Source: Hydrurus foetidus (lineage: Eukaryota). Taken from it: a stretch of DNA of 64,000 bases. Below the pieces are notes generated by a model. It saw only the letters and a list, made by a program, of their open reading frames with translations. It was not told the DNA's origin and did no database searches. This document shows positions 32,749-43,982 of this stretch, piece after piece (the first letter of the stretch is position 1; every line of letters begins with the position of its first letter). Both the position numbers and the translations under genes were made by a program. The DNA lies in NCBI GenBank assembly GCA_900617105.1, contig UYFQ01000001.1, positions 2,046,001 to 2,110,000 of the forward strand, written 5' to 3'.

Positions 32749-33663
32749 GTGAATTACGCGCAGCTTTTGTTTCCAGACTTCTCCCTGATTGTTTGTGGCT
32801 ACCTGGTATGCCGCTACACCGCTTTAAACCGCACCGTGTGGGCGCAGGTTGAAAGCCTGGTGTATTACTTTTTATTTCCCGTACTGCTGTTTCACTCCAT
32901 AGTTAAAAGCCCGCTCGATCTACGCGCCACGTCCAGCCTTATTTTTGCCGGGCTGCTGACCGGGCTGGCCACCATCGCGCTGGCCTACAGCTTGCCGCAC
33001 CTGCCCGCGCTGGGCAGAGTCATCGACAAACGCCTGCACGCGGCCAGTGCGCAGGTGGCGTTCAGGTTCAACTCGTTTATTGGCTTGGCGCTGGCTGACC
33101 GGCTGGTGCCCGGCCAAGGCCCGCTGCTGATTGCCGTGCTGATCGGCGTGTGCGTGCCGATGTTTAACGTGGCGGCGGTGTGGCCCATGGCGCGCGCCGG
33201 CCAAACCGGTTTTGCAAAAGAGCTGCTGCGCAACCCATTGATACTGGCCACCGCTTGCGGGCTGGCGGCCAACCTGGCCGGTTTTACGCTGCCGCTCTGG
33301 CTGGAGCCGACCGTGACCCGCATCGGCGCGGCGTCGCTGGCGTTGGGTTTGTTGGCGGCTGGCGCGGGCATGCAACTGGGGCACTTGGCGCAGGCAAAAA
33401 CACTTGGCGTGGCGGTTCTGGTGATTCGCCATGCGCTTGCCCCACTGGTTGCGCTGGGCCTGGCCAAAGCTTTCGGTTTGCCACCGGCGCAGGCCGTTAT
33501 TTTGCTGGCGTTTGCAGCGCTGCCGACCGCATCAAGCTGCTACGTGCTGGCCGCGCGCATGGGGTTTAACGGCGGTTATGTGGCCGGGCTGGTCACGCTG
33601 TCTACGCTGCTGGGCATGGTGAGTTTGCCGTTTGCGCTAGGGGTGTTGGGCAAATGGTTGTAG
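32749..33663 (+). CDS. AEC (auxin efflux carrier) family transporter
   Basis: LVYYFLFPVLLF, FRFNS, NPLI, LPTASSCYVLA; about 10 TM segments. Confidence 0.88.
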   Translation: MNYAQLLFPDFSLIVCGYLVCRYTALNRTVWAQVESLVYYFLFPVLLFHSIVKSPLDLRATSSLIFAGLLTGLATIALAYSLPHLPALGRVIDKRLHAASAQVAFRFNSFIGLALADRLVPGQGPLLIAVLIGVCVPMFNVAAVWPMARAGQTGFAKELLRNPLILATACGLAANLAGFTLPLWLEPTVTRIGAASLALGLLAAGAGMQLGHLAQAKTLGVAVLVIRHALAPLVALGLAKAFGLPPAQAVILLAFAALPTASSCYVLAARMGFNGGYVAGLVTLSTLLGMVSLPFALGVLGKWL

Positions 33664-33679
33664 TGATACCGTCAATTTC

Positions 33680-33720
33680 ACTATTAATTTTATAGCTGCT
33701 CGCGCCTGTACTTATTGGGC
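33680..33720 (+). repeat. 41-bp element, copy 8
   Basis: ACTA-TTAATTTTA-TAGC-TGCTCGC-GCCT-GTACTTATT-GGGC, with A-tracts at 33730/33741/33751. Confidence 0.92.
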
Positions 33721-33778
33721 TGCAGCACTAAAACCGCCCGAAAAATCGCCAAAAACGTTCTGTCAAACCAAAAATACG

Positions 33779-35353
33779 CTACACGCTGACGGCCACTTGC
33801 GGTTTGGCTGCTTGGGGCGTGCCCAGCCGCTCGCTCGACACGTATTGCTCACGGTACAGCTCAAAGGGCATGCTGTCGAGCGATTCAATTTTCTTTTGGT
33901 CAGCCACTGACTGTTTGCTCAATGCCATGAAATGCGCTTGCTGCTGGTCAGAGAACGGCAGCCCCAACAGCTGGGTTTTAGTTTTTTCAGACTGCGCGCG
34001 AATGAACTGCACAAACGAGTTGTCGTGATCTTTGGCCATGGCCGCCAACACTCTGGCGGACGGGAGGGTGCTGGCGTCTTTCAACCCGACCATCGCTGAT
34101 GCCAGCGCGGCGCTGTAGTCCTGCGTGCCATGCGCTGCGTCTAGCGCTGCGGCTATGGGCGCGCACTCGTCAACAATGCTCCGGCCCCAATCGGTGAGCA
34201 ACACTTGCTGCCCATCGCGTTCGAGCAGCAAGCCCGGCTCGCGGCCGCGAGCAGCAACTCTGTGCTGGTTGCGTGCCAGCGCAGCAATCTCTAGCGGGCT
34301 GTCGGGCGGGCTTTCGCTTAGCAGGCAGTGCAGTAAAAACACGTCTAAAAACCGCATGGTTTGCACGTTGATGCCCACTGGCTCAAACGGGTCAAGGTCC
34401 ATCAGGCGCACTTCGATGTATTCCACGCCGCGCTCGCGCAGCGCGTGCAGGGGGCGCTCGCCTTGGCGAATCACCCGCTTGGGGCGAATGGTGCCGTAAA
34501 ACTCGTTTTCAATTTGCAGCAGGCTGGTAGCCAGCTGGTTGTAGTCGCCGCCGGGGTTTTGAATGCCCACCTTTTCGTAAGCCGGGTAGGCCCGCGTCAA
34601 CGCGTCTTGCAGTGATGCGCCGTAACCTTCCAGGCTGTTGTAGCTAACGGCTAACGACGCTTGCGCATCGCTTTGGTAGCCCAAACGCCCCATGCGCAGC
34701 GACGTGCCGTGCGGCATGTACATGGTTTGTTCGCTCAGCTTTTGCAGCTCGTGCTGACGCCCCGCAACGAAAGATGAACACACCGCGGGTGAAGCCCCAA
34801 ACAGGTACAGCAGCAAAAACGCCTGCCGGCGAAAGTTGCGAATCAAACCAAAATAATCTTCGTTGCTAACGCCCGGAAACGACCAGTTGTAGTGAATGCC
34901 CGAAATCGTCTGCATGCGCCGGCCGTAGCGGTGCGACAGGCCGAGCCGGTAAACACTTTTGGCTCGGCCGACGTTAGACGAGCCAAAGCGCGCCACCGGA
35001 ATCGTCTCGTCGGTTGGCAACCCGCAAGGCATGCTGGACACCCACAGCATTTCATCGCCCAAAGCCTGCATGCTGCGGTAGGTGAACTGGTGGATGTTGG
35101 TTAGCTCGTCTAAAGCCGCCTCTACGCTGCGGTGCACGCCCGTGACCAGTTCAACCTGCGATTCACAAAAGTCAGTGGTAATGCTGGGGTGCGTCAATGC
35201 CGAGCCCAGCGCCGCCGGGTGCGGCGTGAGTGCCAAGCCCCCACCGGGCAGCGCGCGCAAGCTCTCTTTTTCAACGCCGCAGCGCATGCCGGTGAGCTGG
35301 TCGGCTGTCAACGCCTGCACGCGCTTATCAAGAAAAGTCTGGGGAATCGTCAT
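33779..35353 (-). CDS. gshA: Glutamate--cysteine ligase
   Basis: GVEKESLR, ITTDF, SGIHYN, QIENEFYGTIRPK and GVEYIEVR motifs. Confidence 0.95.
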   Translation of the reverse strand: MTIPQTFLDKRVQALTADQLTGMRCGVEKESLRALPGGGLALTPHPAALGSALTHPSITTDFCESQVELVTGVHRSVEAALDELTNIHQFTYRSMQALGDEMLWVSSMPCGLPTDETIPVARFGSSNVGRAKSVYRLGLSHRYGRRMQTISGIHYNWSFPGVSNEDYFGLIRNFRRQAFLLLYLFGASPAVCSSFVAGRQHELQKLSEQTMYMPHGTSLRMGRLGYQSDAQASLAVSYNSLEGYGASLQDALTRAYPAYEKVGIQNPGGDYNQLATSLLQIENEFYGTIRPKRVIRQGERPLHALRERGVEYIEVRLMDLDPFEPVGINVQTMRFLDVFLLHCLLSESPPDSPLEIAALARNQHRVAARGREPGLLLERDGQQVLLTDWGRSIVDECAPIAAALDAAHGTQDYSAALASAMVGLKDASTLPSARVLAAMAKDHDNSFVQFIRAQSEKTKTQLLGLPFSDQQQAHFMALSKQSVADQKKIESLDSMPFELYREQYVSSERLGTPQAAKPQVAVSV

Positions 35354-35639
35354 AACGGAGCTGTTTCGGGTAACTTGTCAAGGCACAGAAGGTAGCACAG
35401 AGCGCCTGATCACGCTGGTCAGACTGTTGCCTGGCCAATTCCTGCGGATTACCCCGTTTTGTGCAAACGCAGCCGTCATTTAGTAGTAATATTTAATCTG
35501 TATAAACTTTTCGATGTACTTGTACCTGCTTCATATAGAACGTAAGATTAGCGAAACACAAATTAACTTGGGCGATGCGAAATCCCAAGATCTACCCGAC
35601 TCCACCCCATCTTCTTGCGCCTACCGCCAAGCCACTGCC

Positions 35640-36572
35640 ATGAACAACTTTTTGAAAAATCTCTTTTCAACCAGCAAAACGCCGCAGAAGTTTGCATCCA
35701 GCAGCCTGAACCACTCCCGCGCAGATTTGGCGTCGGTTCAAAACGGCTCTGAAAACGCCACCCGCCAGCAACTGATCCAAACCCTGCACCGCGACCTGAT
35801 GCGCAAACACGGCATTCCGCTGGAGTGGACGGCCTGCCACACCCAGGTGATGGTGAGCCGAACCAAGGGCACCGGCATGGCGGTGGTGCTGGTCGTCAGG
35901 CACTGGGACGAGCGGATGATGAACCACACGTTTGCGCTGCAGCGCGCACTCGCGGCTGACATTATTGCGTTTGAACCCGCAGCTGAGCAGTGGCTGCAAG
36001 GCATTACCTGGCGCCTGGAAGTGGCCAGCACCTGCCCGCACATCAGCTTGCCCGAAAAGAGCTTTTGGAACAACCAGTACGCGTCTGCCCCTACGGCACA
36101 GGCAATGGCTGAGAAAAAAGCCGAGCTGGCGGCTGTCAAAGCCGAGCTGGCTGCCAACCACTCGGCAGCCAACGCCAACCGGGGGCAACTGGCTAATATG
36201 CAAGCTGACCTGGCGATTCGCACATCGCAGCTGGCTGAACGCAGCCTGGAGCTGGCTGAAGTCAAGCGCGAACTGGCCATGGCGCGGGCCAACCGCCCCG
36301 CTACACCGCCACCTTCGCTTGCGGCCGCATCTACATCTGCACCTGCGCCACAAAGAACTGAATTCATGCGGCACAAAGCCGGCGCCAGTTTTGCACCTGT
36401 TGCAGCCGCCGCTCTTGAGGTCGAAGCACCCGATGACTCGCAGGCCATGCAAGACCTCGACCGCCTGTTTGCAATTCGAGACACCGCGCTGCGCCAGCCG
36501 GCCACAGGCGGCACGCCGTCGGCGCCACCAGCAGGCTATGAAGCGACCCAACCGTCGCCACTGCGGGTCTGA
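35640..36572 (+). CDS. Hypothetical protein with central coiled coil
   Basis: Long ORF with heptad-rich ELAAVKAELAA/ELAEVKRELAM segments. Confidence 0.65.
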   Translation: MNNFLKNLFSTSKTPQKFASSSLNHSRADLASVQNGSENATRQQLIQTLHRDLMRKHGIPLEWTACHTQVMVSRTKGTGMAVVLVVRHWDERMMNHTFALQRALAADIIAFEPAAEQWLQGITWRLEVASTCPHISLPEKSFWNNQYASAPTAQAMAEKKAELAAVKAELAANHSAANANRGQLANMQADLAIRTSQLAERSLELAEVKRELAMARANRPATPPPSLAAASTSAPAPQRTEFMRHKAGASFAPVAAAALEVEAPDDSQAMQDLDRLFAIRDTALRQPATGGTPSAPPAGYEATQPSPLRV

Positions 36573-36575
36573 ACC

Positions 36576-36616
36576 GCTACTAAATAAATAGCTGCTTGCG
36601 CCCGATTTAATTGGGC
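36576..36616 (+). repeat. 41-bp element, copy 9
   Basis: GCTA-CTAAATAAA-TAGC-TGCTTGC-GCCC-GATTTAATT-GGGC; fills most of a 59-bp convergent gap. Confidence 0.92.
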
Positions 36617-36631
36617 TACACGGCTATTTAT

Positions 36632-37300
36632 TTACTTTTTCGGCAGCACGTGCAGCAAAAACGCCTGCACATCAAGCACTTCTTCAGGGCACACCGAGTG
36701 GGCCATGCGGTACTCGTGCCAATCGACCGAGTAGCCCATGCTGGTCAGAGCATTGCGTGACTCCACAGCCCTAGGCAATGCGACCACCTCGTCTTGCGTG
36801 CCATGCGCCAAAAATATCGGCGTAGCCAGGCTGGCAGCGGTGCGTTCAGCGGCGGCAAGGTCTGCCAGCGGCAAATAGCCCGACATGCCGATCACGCCAG
36901 CCAACGCCTCAGCGTGGCGCAGCCCCACCATCAATGCCATGGCACAACCCTGCGAGAACCCAGCCACCACGATGCTGCTGGCCGGTATGCCGCGTGCTTT
37001 TTCACTGGCAATCAATGCCTCGACTTGCAGCCTGGAGGCACGCAAGCCCGCTTCGTCTTCCCGCCGTACCAAGTCGGCCGTCATGATATCGTACCAGGCG
37101 GGCATTTCATAGCCGCCATTGATCGTGACCGGAATCACCGGTGCGTTCGGGAATAAAAACCGCACCGGGCCAATACTGTCGAGCTCAAGTTGCTCCGCTA
37201 TTGGCAAAAAGTCTCGCCCATCGGCGCCCAGGCCGTGCATGATGATGACGGTCGCTACCGGGTTGGGGCCGGTTTCGGCTTCAATTACTTGTAAGGTCAT
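36632..37300 (-). CDS. Carboxylesterase/phospholipase (alpha/beta hydrolase)
   Basis: MHGLGADG, MPAWYD, GFSQG, HGTQD and HSVC motifs. Confidence 0.92.
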   Translation of the reverse strand: MTLQVIEAETGPNPVATVIIMHGLGADGRDFLPIAEQLELDSIGPVRFLFPNAPVIPVTINGGYEMPAWYDIMTADLVRREDEAGLRASRLQVEALIASEKARGIPASSIVVAGFSQGCAMALMVGLRHAEALAGVIGMSGYLPLADLAAAERTAASLATPIFLAHGTQDEVVALPRAVESRNALTSMGYSVDWHEYRMAHSVCPEEVLDVQAFLLHVLPKK

Positions 37301-37448
37301 AAAGAGTCTTTTAAAGGGTGTGGTCGACGAGGGTTGATCTGCAAAGTTTACTGGCTTGCCCAAGCGATTTCTGGTTGAATCTGTTTTGAACGCTTTGCGC
37401 GTATTACGTGTGTTGTCGATGTTGCGTCATTAACCTGGGGATTTAAAA

Positions 37449-37901
37449 ATGACTGCTTTTTTAACTTTTCGCGTCAGCTCGGCTTGGGCCGCTGTGGCAT
37501 TTTTAGTGCTGCAGGCGCTGGCTGTGCCCGGCTATGCCCAAACATTGCCAGCAGCTGATGCCGCGCAAGTGCGCAGCGTTGTGCAAAGCCAACTGGCCGC
37601 GTTTGCAAAAGACGATGCCGAAAAGGCGTTTTCATTTGCCGCACCCAACATTCGCAAAACCTTCGGCTCAGCAGCCACTTTTATGGCCATGGTGCAGCGC
37701 AGCTATCCGGTGGTGTACCGCCCGGTCAGCAGCGCATTTTTAACAGTTCAAGGCTCGGGCAACCAAGCCATTCAACGCGTGCAAATGCAAGACGCACAGG
37801 GCGACGCCTACCTCGCCACGTACACACTGGAGCGCCAAAAAAACAAAACCTGGCGCATCACCGGCTGCCAGGTGATTGAGAACAAAGGCCAGACCGCTTG
37901 A
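37449..37901 (+). CDS. DUF4864 domain exported protein
   Basis: Signal peptide; QLAAF..DDA..AFSFA, FMAMV..YP..YRP, WRITGC. Confidence 0.85.
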   Translation: MTAFLTFRVSSAWAAVAFLVLQALAVPGYAQTLPAADAAQVRSVVQSQLAAFAKDDAEKAFSFAAPNIRKTFGSAATFMAMVQRSYPVVYRPVSSAFLTVQGSGNQAIQRVQMQDAQGDAYLATYTLERQKNKTWRITGCQVIENKGQTA

Positions 37902-37983
37902 GGCCGCCCACCCCGGCGCAGCCTCGGGGTTTGCCCGGTCAAAAATCAGGCTGGGCGTGCAATATTACAAAAATGTGTTTCAT

Positions 37984-38024
37984 ACGCCCTATTTTTGGGC
38001 GCAAGCAGCTATTAAGTTGGTAGC
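37984..38024 (-). repeat. 41-bp element, copy 10
   Basis: ACGC-CCTATTTTT-GGGC-GCAAGCA-GCTA-TTAAGTTGG-TAGC. Confidence 0.85.
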
Positions 38025-38108
38025 AATTCGGCGTTTTTGCGTTATATTCGAGACACTCGTGTGCAGCACCAAGCGCACGCCCTGTTTTTTGACAAGAGGA
38101 GAGATCTA

Positions 38109-38432
38109 ATGAGTACCAAAGAAAGTGCGGCCACTGGCCAACTGCTCGAACTGCTGGAATCGCGTTACGCCATGCGCGTGTTGTGGGCCTTAAAAGACGG
38201 CCACCCACAAACATTTCGCATTTTGCAAGACAGCGTGGGCTCCATCACCCCGAACACGCTGAACACGCGGATTAAAGAAATGCGCGCTGCTGGCTTGCTC
38301 ACGCATGGCACGTCGGGCTACACGGTGACCACCCTGGGTGCAGACTTGCTCAAGCGCCTGAGCGACCTGCAGGCCTTTGCCACCAAATGGATCAGCAGCC
38401 AGTCGAAGGCAGCAGCCGTTAAAAAGAAATAA
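38109..38432 (+). CDS. Winged helix-turn-helix regulator (HxlR family)
   Basis: LLESRYAMRVLWAL, TFRILQ, ITPNTLNTRIKEM, YTVTTLG. Confidence 0.85.
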   Translation: MSTKESAATGQLLELLESRYAMRVLWALKDGHPQTFRILQDSVGSITPNTLNTRIKEMRAAGLLTHGTSGYTVTTLGADLLKRLSDLQAFATKWISSQSKAAAVKKK

Positions 38433-38458
38433 GCCACTGGCCTTGCGCTTTGCGCCAC

Positions 38459-38486
38459 AAAAAAACAGGCTTTGGCCTGTTTTTTT
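38459..38486 (+). terminator. Rho-independent terminator
   Basis: AAAAAAACAGGC-TTTG-GCCTGTTTTTTT. Confidence 0.8.
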
Positions 38487-38526
38487 ATGCCTGACGCTTG
38501 GTTTTGGCACCCTAAAATCCACATTC

Positions 38527-38567
38527 GCCCAATAAATACGGGCGCTAGCAGCTATTAAATTTATAGT
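38527..38567 (-). repeat. 41-bp element, copy 11
   Basis: GCCC-AATAAATAC-GGGC-GCTAGCA-GCTA-TTAAATTTA-TAGT. Confidence 0.92.
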
Positions 38568-38635
38568 ATGTATCGGGTACGCACGCGTTATGCAGATGCG
38601 CAGGAACTTTTTGGCTAAGTAACCAATCTCCTGCC

Positions 38636-38661
38636 CTTGAAAAGGGTTTTAGCAGCCCCAG
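38636..38661 (+). promoter_or_regulatory. Putative sigma-32 (RpoH) promoter of grpE
   Basis: CTTGAA-N14-CCCCAG, upstream of a heat-shock gene. Confidence 0.75.
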
Positions 38662-38698
38662 CTACCCCACTTGTTGATCAAACCCCTTGTTTTCAAGC

Positions 38699-39277
38699 AT
38701 GTCTGAACCCACACAGCCCCATCAAAACCAATCGCACGGCAACTTGTCAGGCGCACCCACCCCTGAAGAACTTGAAGCCGCAGCCGCCGCCAACGCGTTT
38801 GAAGCGGTCAACGAACTGGCCGTCGCCCAAGCCGAAGTGGCCACGCTGCAGGCCAAAAACACCGAGCTGGCCGACAGCTACCTGCGCGCCAAAGCCGAGA
38901 GCGAAAACTCACGCCGCCGCGCCGATGAAGAAGTCAGCAAAGCGCGCAAGTTTGCGCTTGAAAGCTTTGCTGAAAGCCTGCTGCCGGTAGCCGACAGCCT
39001 GGAAGCGGGTTTAAACCTGCCCAGCGCCACGCCAGAGCAGATTAAAGAAGGCGCAGCCGCCACGCTCAAGCAATTGAAAACAGCCCTCGAGCGCAACCGC
39101 GTGATGCAAATTGACCCTGCAGCGGGCACCAAGTTTGACCCGCATCAACACCAGGCCATCAGTGTTGTGCCGTCTGAACAAGAAGCCAACACAGTCGTGA
39201 CGGTGCTGCAAAAAGGCTACCTCATTGCTGACCGCGTGCTGCGCCCAGCTCTGGTGACGGTTAGCGAGCCTAAATAA
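38699..39277 (+). CDS. grpE: Nucleotide exchange factor GrpE
   Basis: [22 protein letters not shown] and [16 protein letters not shown] motifs. Confidence 0.96.
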   Translation: MSEPTQPHQNQSHGNLSGAPTPEELEAAAAANAFEAVNELAVAQAEVATLQAKNTELADSYLRAKAESENSRRRADEEVSKARKFALESFAESLLPVADSLEAGLNLPSATPEQIKEGAAATLKQLKTALERNRVMQIDPAAGTKFDPHQHQAISVVPSEQEANTVVTVLQKGYLIADRVLRPALVTVSEPK

Positions 39278-39295
39278 ATCACATCGGTAGTTTGT

Positions 39296-39321
39296 CTTGA
39301 AAACCATCAAGCCAGCCACAC
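39296..39321 (+). promoter_or_regulatory. Putative sigma-32 promoter of dnaK
   Basis: CTTGAA-N14-CCACAC. Confidence 0.65.
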
Positions 39322-39363
39322 CTTTTAACAATCTAAATCACTGAAATTTACGGAGAAATCATC

Positions 39364-41319
39364 ATGGGAAGAATCATCGGCATCGACTTGGGCACAACGA
39401 ACAGCTGCGTATCCATCATGGAAGGCAATGTGCCTAAAGTGATCGAGAACTCGGAAGGCGCGCGCACCACGCCGTCTATCGTGGCCTACCAGGAAGACGG
39501 CGAAGTACTGGTCGGCACGTCGGCCAAGCGTCAGGCCGTCACCAACCCAAAGAATACGCTGTACGCCGTGAAGCGTTTGATTGGCCGCAAGTTCACTGAA
39601 AAAGAAGTCCAAAAAGACATCAGCCTGATGCCTTATTCCATCGTGGCAGCTGATAACGGCGACGCATGGGTGGAAGTGCGCGGCAAAAAAATGTCGGCCC
39701 AGCAAGTGTCTGCCGACATTTTGCGCAAAATGAAAAAAACCGCTGAAGACTACCTGGGCGAGCCAGTGACTGAAGCGGTCATTACCGTGCCTGCGTACTT
39801 CAACGACGCACAGCGCCAGGCCACCAAAGACGCTGGCCGCATTGCCGGTTTAGACGTCAAGCGCATCATCAACGAGCCGACCGCAGCCGCATTGGCTTTT
39901 GGCCTCGACAAGCAAGAAAAAGGCGACCGCAAAATCGCCGTGTATGACTTGGGCGGCGGCACGTTTGACGTGTCCATCATCGAGATTGCCGACGTTGACG
40001 GTGAAAAGCAGTTTGAAGTGCTGTCCACCAACGGCGACACCTTTTTGGGCGGCGAAGACTTTGACCAGCGCGTCATCGACTACATCGTGGCCGAGTTCAA
40101 AAAGGACAGCGGCATCGACCTGAGCAAAGACGTTGTTGCCTTGCAGCGCCTGAAAGACTCGGCTGAAAAAGCCAAGATCGAGCTGTCAAACAGCGCAGCG
40201 ACTGAAGTCAACATTCCGTACATTGCGCACGACCCAGCCAGCGGCCCCAAGCACTTGCTGGTCAAGCTGAGCCGCGCCAAGTTGGAGTCACTGGTTGATG
40301 AGCTGATCGAGCGCACCATTGCCCCTTGCCGCACCGCGATGAAGGACGCTGGCCTGAGCGTGTCTGACATTCATGACGTGATTTTGGTCGGTGGCCAAAC
40401 CCGCATGCCTAAAGTGCAAGACGCTGTGAAAGCCTTCTTCGGTAAAGAGCCGCGCAAAGACGTGAACCCCGACGAAGCCGTGGCCGTGGGCGCTGCTATT
40501 CAAGGCCAGGTGTTGTCTGGCGACCGTACCGACGTGCTGCTGCTCGACGTGACGCCGCTGTCACTGGGCATTGAGACCATGGGCGGCGTGATGACCAAGA
40601 TGATCAAGAAAAACACGACCATCCCGACCAAGTTTGCACAGACCTTCTCGACCGCTGAAGACAACCAGCCAGCCGTGACCATCAAGGTGTTTCAAGGTGA
40701 GCGCGAAATTGCATCGGGCAACAAAGGCCTGGGTGAGTTCAACCTGGAAGGCATCCCACCGTCAGCACGCGGCACGCCGCAAATTGAAGTGTCGTTTGAC
40801 ATCGACGCCAACGGCATTTTGCACGTGGGCGCCAAAGACAAAGGCACCGGTAAAGAAAACAAAATCACCATCAAGGCCAACTCTGGTTTGAGCGAAGCTG
40901 AAATTCAGCAGATGGTGAAAGACGCCGAGCTGAACGCTGAAGACGACAAGAAAAAAGTCGAGTTTGTCACCGCAAAAAATAACGCCGAAGCCATGGTGCA
41001 CAGCGTGAAGAAATCACTCGTCGAGTACGGCGACAAGCTCGACGCCGGCGAAAAAGAAAAGATCGAAACCGCCATCAAGGACATGGAAGAAGCCTTAAAA
41101 GGCGAAGACAAAGCCGCCATCGATGCGAAAAACACCGCGCTGATGGAAGCCAGTCAAAAGCTGGGCGAAAAAATGTACGCCGACATGGAAGCCTCAAAAG
41201 CCGCAGCAGCTGCAGCCGCAGGCGGCGCGCCAGGTGCAGAACAAGCGCAGGTCAAGGCAGCTGACGACAACGTGGTTGATGCCGAGGTCAAGGAAGTCAA
41301 GAAGACTGACAAGGCCTGA
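39364..41319 (+). CDS. dnaK: Chaperone DnaK
   Basis: [17 protein letters not shown] and [14 protein letters not shown] motifs. Confidence 0.98.
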   Translation: MGRIIGIDLGTTNSCVSIMEGNVPKVIENSEGARTTPSIVAYQEDGEVLVGTSAKRQAVTNPKNTLYAVKRLIGRKFTEKEVQKDISLMPYSIVAADNGDAWVEVRGKKMSAQQVSADILRKMKKTAEDYLGEPVTEAVITVPAYFNDAQRQATKDAGRIAGLDVKRIINEPTAAALAFGLDKQEKGDRKIAVYDLGGGTFDVSIIEIADVDGEKQFEVLSTNGDTFLGGEDFDQRVIDYIVAEFKKDSGIDLSKDVVALQRLKDSAEKAKIELSNSAATEVNIPYIAHDPASGPKHLLVKLSRAKLESLVDELIERTIAPCRTAMKDAGLSVSDIHDVILVGGQTRMPKVQDAVKAFFGKEPRKDVNPDEAVAVGAAIQGQVLSGDRTDVLLLDVTPLSLGIETMGGVMTKMIKKNTTIPTKFAQTFSTAEDNQPAVTIKVFQGEREIASGNKGLGEFNLEGIPPSARGTPQIEVSFDIDANGILHVGAKDKGTGKENKITIKANSGLSEAEIQQMVKDAELNAEDDKKKVEFVTAKNNAEAMVHSVKKSLVEYGDKLDAGEKEKIETAIKDMEEALKGEDKAAIDAKNTALMEASQKLGEKMYADMEASKAAAAAAAGGAPGAEQAQVKAADDNVVDAEVKEVKKTDKA

Positions 41320-41336
41320 TAATTGCCGGCAGATTG

Positions 41337-41371
41337 AAGCGGAAACCGGGAGCAATCTCGGCTTTCCGCTT
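41337..41371 (+). terminator. Stem-loop between dnaK and dnaJ (terminator/attenuator)
   Basis: AAGCGGAAA-CCGGGA-GCAA-TCTCGG-C-TTTCCGCTT followed by a T-rich run. Confidence 0.65.
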
Positions 41372-41435
41372 TCGTGTTTTTGAATTGAGCCATTTCGCTA
41401 CCTATTGACCGACAACGACTTCCTGATTTTTTAAC

Positions 41436-42575
41436 ATGGCCAAAAAAGACTATTACGACACCCTGGGCGTTGCCAAAAACGCCAGCGACGAAGACATCAA
41501 AAAAGCGTATCGCAAGCTGGCGATGAAGCACCACCCTGACCGCAATCAGGGTGACAGCGCCAAGGCCGCTGAAGAAAAATTCAAAGAGGCCAAAGAAGCC
41601 TACGAGATGCTGTCTGACGACCAAAAGCGCGCCGCTTACGACCAGTACGGCCACGCGGGCGTGGACCCGAACATGCGCGGCGGTGCGGGCGGCGAAGGCT
41701 TTGGCGGCTTTGCAGAGGCGTTTGGCGATATTTTTGGCGGTGTGTTCGGTGAGCAGCAACGACGTGGTCAAGGCGGCGGGCGGCAAGTCTTCAGGGGTGG
41801 CGATTTAAGTTACGCCATGGAGGTGTCGTTAGAAGAAGCTGCCAACGGCAAAGAAGCGCAAATTCGCGTGCCCAGCTGGGACGACTGCGGCGTGTGCAAA
41901 GGCAGCGGTGCCAAGCCCGGCACCAAAGTCGCCACCTGCACTACTTGCCACGGCCACGGTCAAGTGCAAATGCGCCAAGGCTTTTTTTCAGTTCAGCAAA
42001 CCTGCCCGCAGTGCAAAGGCACAGGCAAGCTGATTCCCGAGCCTTGCTCGTCGTGCCACGGCGTAGGCAAAACCAAGAACAACAAAACCCTCGAAGTCAA
42101 AATCCCGGCGGGCATTGACGACGGCATGCGCATTCGCTCTACCGGCAACGGCGAGCCTGGCACCAACGGCGGGCCACCCGGCGACCTTTACATTGAGATC
42201 CGCGTAAAAAAGCACGACATCTTCGAGCGCGACGGCGACGACCTGCACTGCGCGGTACCGATCAGCTTCACCACTGCAGCATTAGGCGGCGAGATTGAAG
42301 TGCCGACACTGGCAGGCAAAGCCGCCATCGACATCCCCGAAGGCACGCAAGCCTCAAAGCAGTTCAGGTTGCGCGGCAAGGGCATCAAGGGCGTGCGCAG
42401 CAGCTACCCCGGCGACTTGTACTGCCACATCACGGTCGAAACGCCGGTGAAGCTGACCGAACACCAGCGAAAGCTGCTCAAAGAGTTTGACGAGTCGCTT
42501 AAAAAAGGCGGTGCCAAGCATTCGCCAAGTGAAGACAGCTGGACGGACAAGCTGAAGAATTTTTTCAGCGCTTGA
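41436..42575 (+). CDS. dnaJ: Chaperone DnaJ
   Basis: HPD motif, G/F region, four CxxCxGxG repeats. Confidence 0.98.
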   Translation: MAKKDYYDTLGVAKNASDEDIKKAYRKLAMKHHPDRNQGDSAKAAEEKFKEAKEAYEMLSDDQKRAAYDQYGHAGVDPNMRGGAGGEGFGGFAEAFGDIFGGVFGEQQRRGQGGGRQVFRGGDLSYAMEVSLEEAANGKEAQIRVPSWDDCGVCKGSGAKPGTKVATCTTCHGHGQVQMRQGFFSVQQTCPQCKGTGKLIPEPCSSCHGVGKTKNNKTLEVKIPAGIDDGMRIRSTGNGEPGTNGGPPGDLYIEIRVKKHDIFERDGDDLHCAVPISFTTAALGGEIEVPTLAGKAAIDIPEGTQASKQFRLRGKGIKGVRSSYPGDLYCHITVETPVKLTEHQRKLLKEFDESLKKGGAKHSPSEDSWTDKLKNFFSA

Positions 42576-42588
42576 CCGGAGCTCTTGC

Positions 42589-42629
42589 GCTATTTAATTT
42601 ATAGCTGCTCGCACACGTATTTGTTGGCC
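42589..42629 (+). repeat. 41-bp element, copy 12
   Basis: GCTA-TTTAATTTA-TAGC-TGCTCGC-ACAC-GTATTTGTT-GGCC. Confidence 0.87.
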
Positions 42630-42655
42630 TAAGGCTTTACTTATGCCTTATTTAT

Positions 42656-42695
42656 GCCTTGAAAAGCGTTTTTAAATGCTTTTCAAGGCTTTTTT
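42656..42695 (+). terminator. Rho-independent terminator after dnaJ
   Basis: GCCTTGAAAAGC-N10-GCTTTTCAAGGC-TTTTTT. Confidence 0.75.
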
Positions 42696-42700
42696 ACTGA

Positions 42701-43957
42701 TTGAACCGCACCGTGACCACCCCCCTCTCCCCCAAACGCGAACTCTGGCTGCTGCTTACTCTGGCAGGCATCCAATTCACCCACATCGTCGACTTCATGG
42801 TCATGATGCCGCTGGGGCCGCAGTTCACGCAGCTGTTCAACATCAGTGACGCCAAGTTCGGCTTGCTGGTCTCGGCCTACACCTTTTCGGCGGGCGCATC
42901 TGGTTTGCTGGCGTCGTTTTATGTTGACCGCTTTGGCCGTAAAAAATTGCTGCTCACGCTGTATGTGTTGTTCGGCCTGGCTACGCTGGCCTGCGGCTTG
43001 GCGCAAAGCTACGACACGCTAATGCTGGCGCGGATCGCGGCAGGCGCTTTTGGCGGCGTGTTGGCAGCACTGGCGCAAACGATTGTTGCGGATGTGATTC
43101 CGTTCGAGCGGCGTGGCCGGGCGATGGGCATTGTGATGTCGTCGTTTGCGCTGGCGTCTGCGGCCGGCGTGCCGATTGGCCTGTTTTTAGCGGCGCACTT
43201 CAATTGGCACACGCCGTTTTTTGTAATTGCGGCGGTGTGCGGTGTGCTGGCAGTAGGTGCCTGGGTTACGTTGCCGCCACTGGCTGGCCACTTGCAACAC
43301 CAGCGCAGCTCGCCGCTGTCGAGCATCATGCAAGTGCTTAAAGACAGCAACCACCAAAAGGCATTTTTATTTACCGCTTTGATGATGGTGGCGGGCTTTA
43401 CCGTGATTCCGTACATCACCATTTACACGACTACCAATGGCGGCTTAACGGTGCAGCAAGTGCCCTACGTTTACCTGTTGGGTGGCGCGGCAACGTTGGT
43501 CACCACGCGCTGGGTAGGCCGGCTAACCGACTCGGTGGGCAAGGCAAAAATGTTCAGCATCATGGCGGTATTTGCCATGCTGACGGTATTGCTGGTCACG
43601 GTGTGTGCGTCGTTTGGCTTGTGGGGCATTTTGCTCGTCACTACCATCATGTTTATCGGCATGAACGGCCGCATGGTGCCCGGCATGGCGCTGGCCACGA
43701 GTGCTGCTAACCCGAAGTTGCGCGGTACATTTATGGCGCTCAATTCATCGGTGCAATCAGCTGCAATGGGCGCGGCAACCTTTGTGGGCGGCCTCGTTAT
43801 CAGCCGTGATGCGCAGGGGCTGGTGCAAAACTTTTGGATAAACGCGCTGATTGGCGCAGTGGCCACCTTGCTTAGTTTAGTGATGGTCAAGCGGCTGCAC
43901 TTGTATGGCGCGGCGCCCGCCGAACGGGTTAGCCCCGCTGCGGCTAAAGTTACCTGA
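42701..43957 (+). CDS. MFS transporter
   Basis: [16 protein letters not shown], about 12 TM segments. Start uncertain. Confidence 0.9.
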   Translation: MNRTVTTPLSPKRELWLLLTLAGIQFTHIVDFMVMMPLGPQFTQLFNISDAKFGLLVSAYTFSAGASGLLASFYVDRFGRKKLLLTLYVLFGLATLACGLAQSYDTLMLARIAAGAFGGVLAALAQTIVADVIPFERRGRAMGIVMSSFALASAAGVPIGLFLAAHFNWHTPFFVIAAVCGVLAVGAWVTLPPLAGHLQHQRSSPLSSIMQVLKDSNHQKAFLFTALMMVAGFTVIPYITIYTTTNGGLTVQQVPYVYLLGGAATLVTTRWVGRLTDSVGKAKMFSIMAVFAMLTVLLVTVCASFGLWGILLVTTIMFIGMNGRMVPGMALATSAANPKLRGTFMALNSSVQSAAMGAATFVGGLVISRDAQGLVQNFWINALIGAVATLLSLVMVKRLHLYGAAPAERVSPAAAKVT

Positions 43958-43982
43958 CACACAACCACTCAAAAAGACATTC

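Noticed and set aside
35667..36551. Long antisense ORFs (also 56778-57650, 17825-18760, 12499-13251 and others)
   Set aside because: They are antisense shadows of real genes caused by codon bias, with no recognisable motifs.
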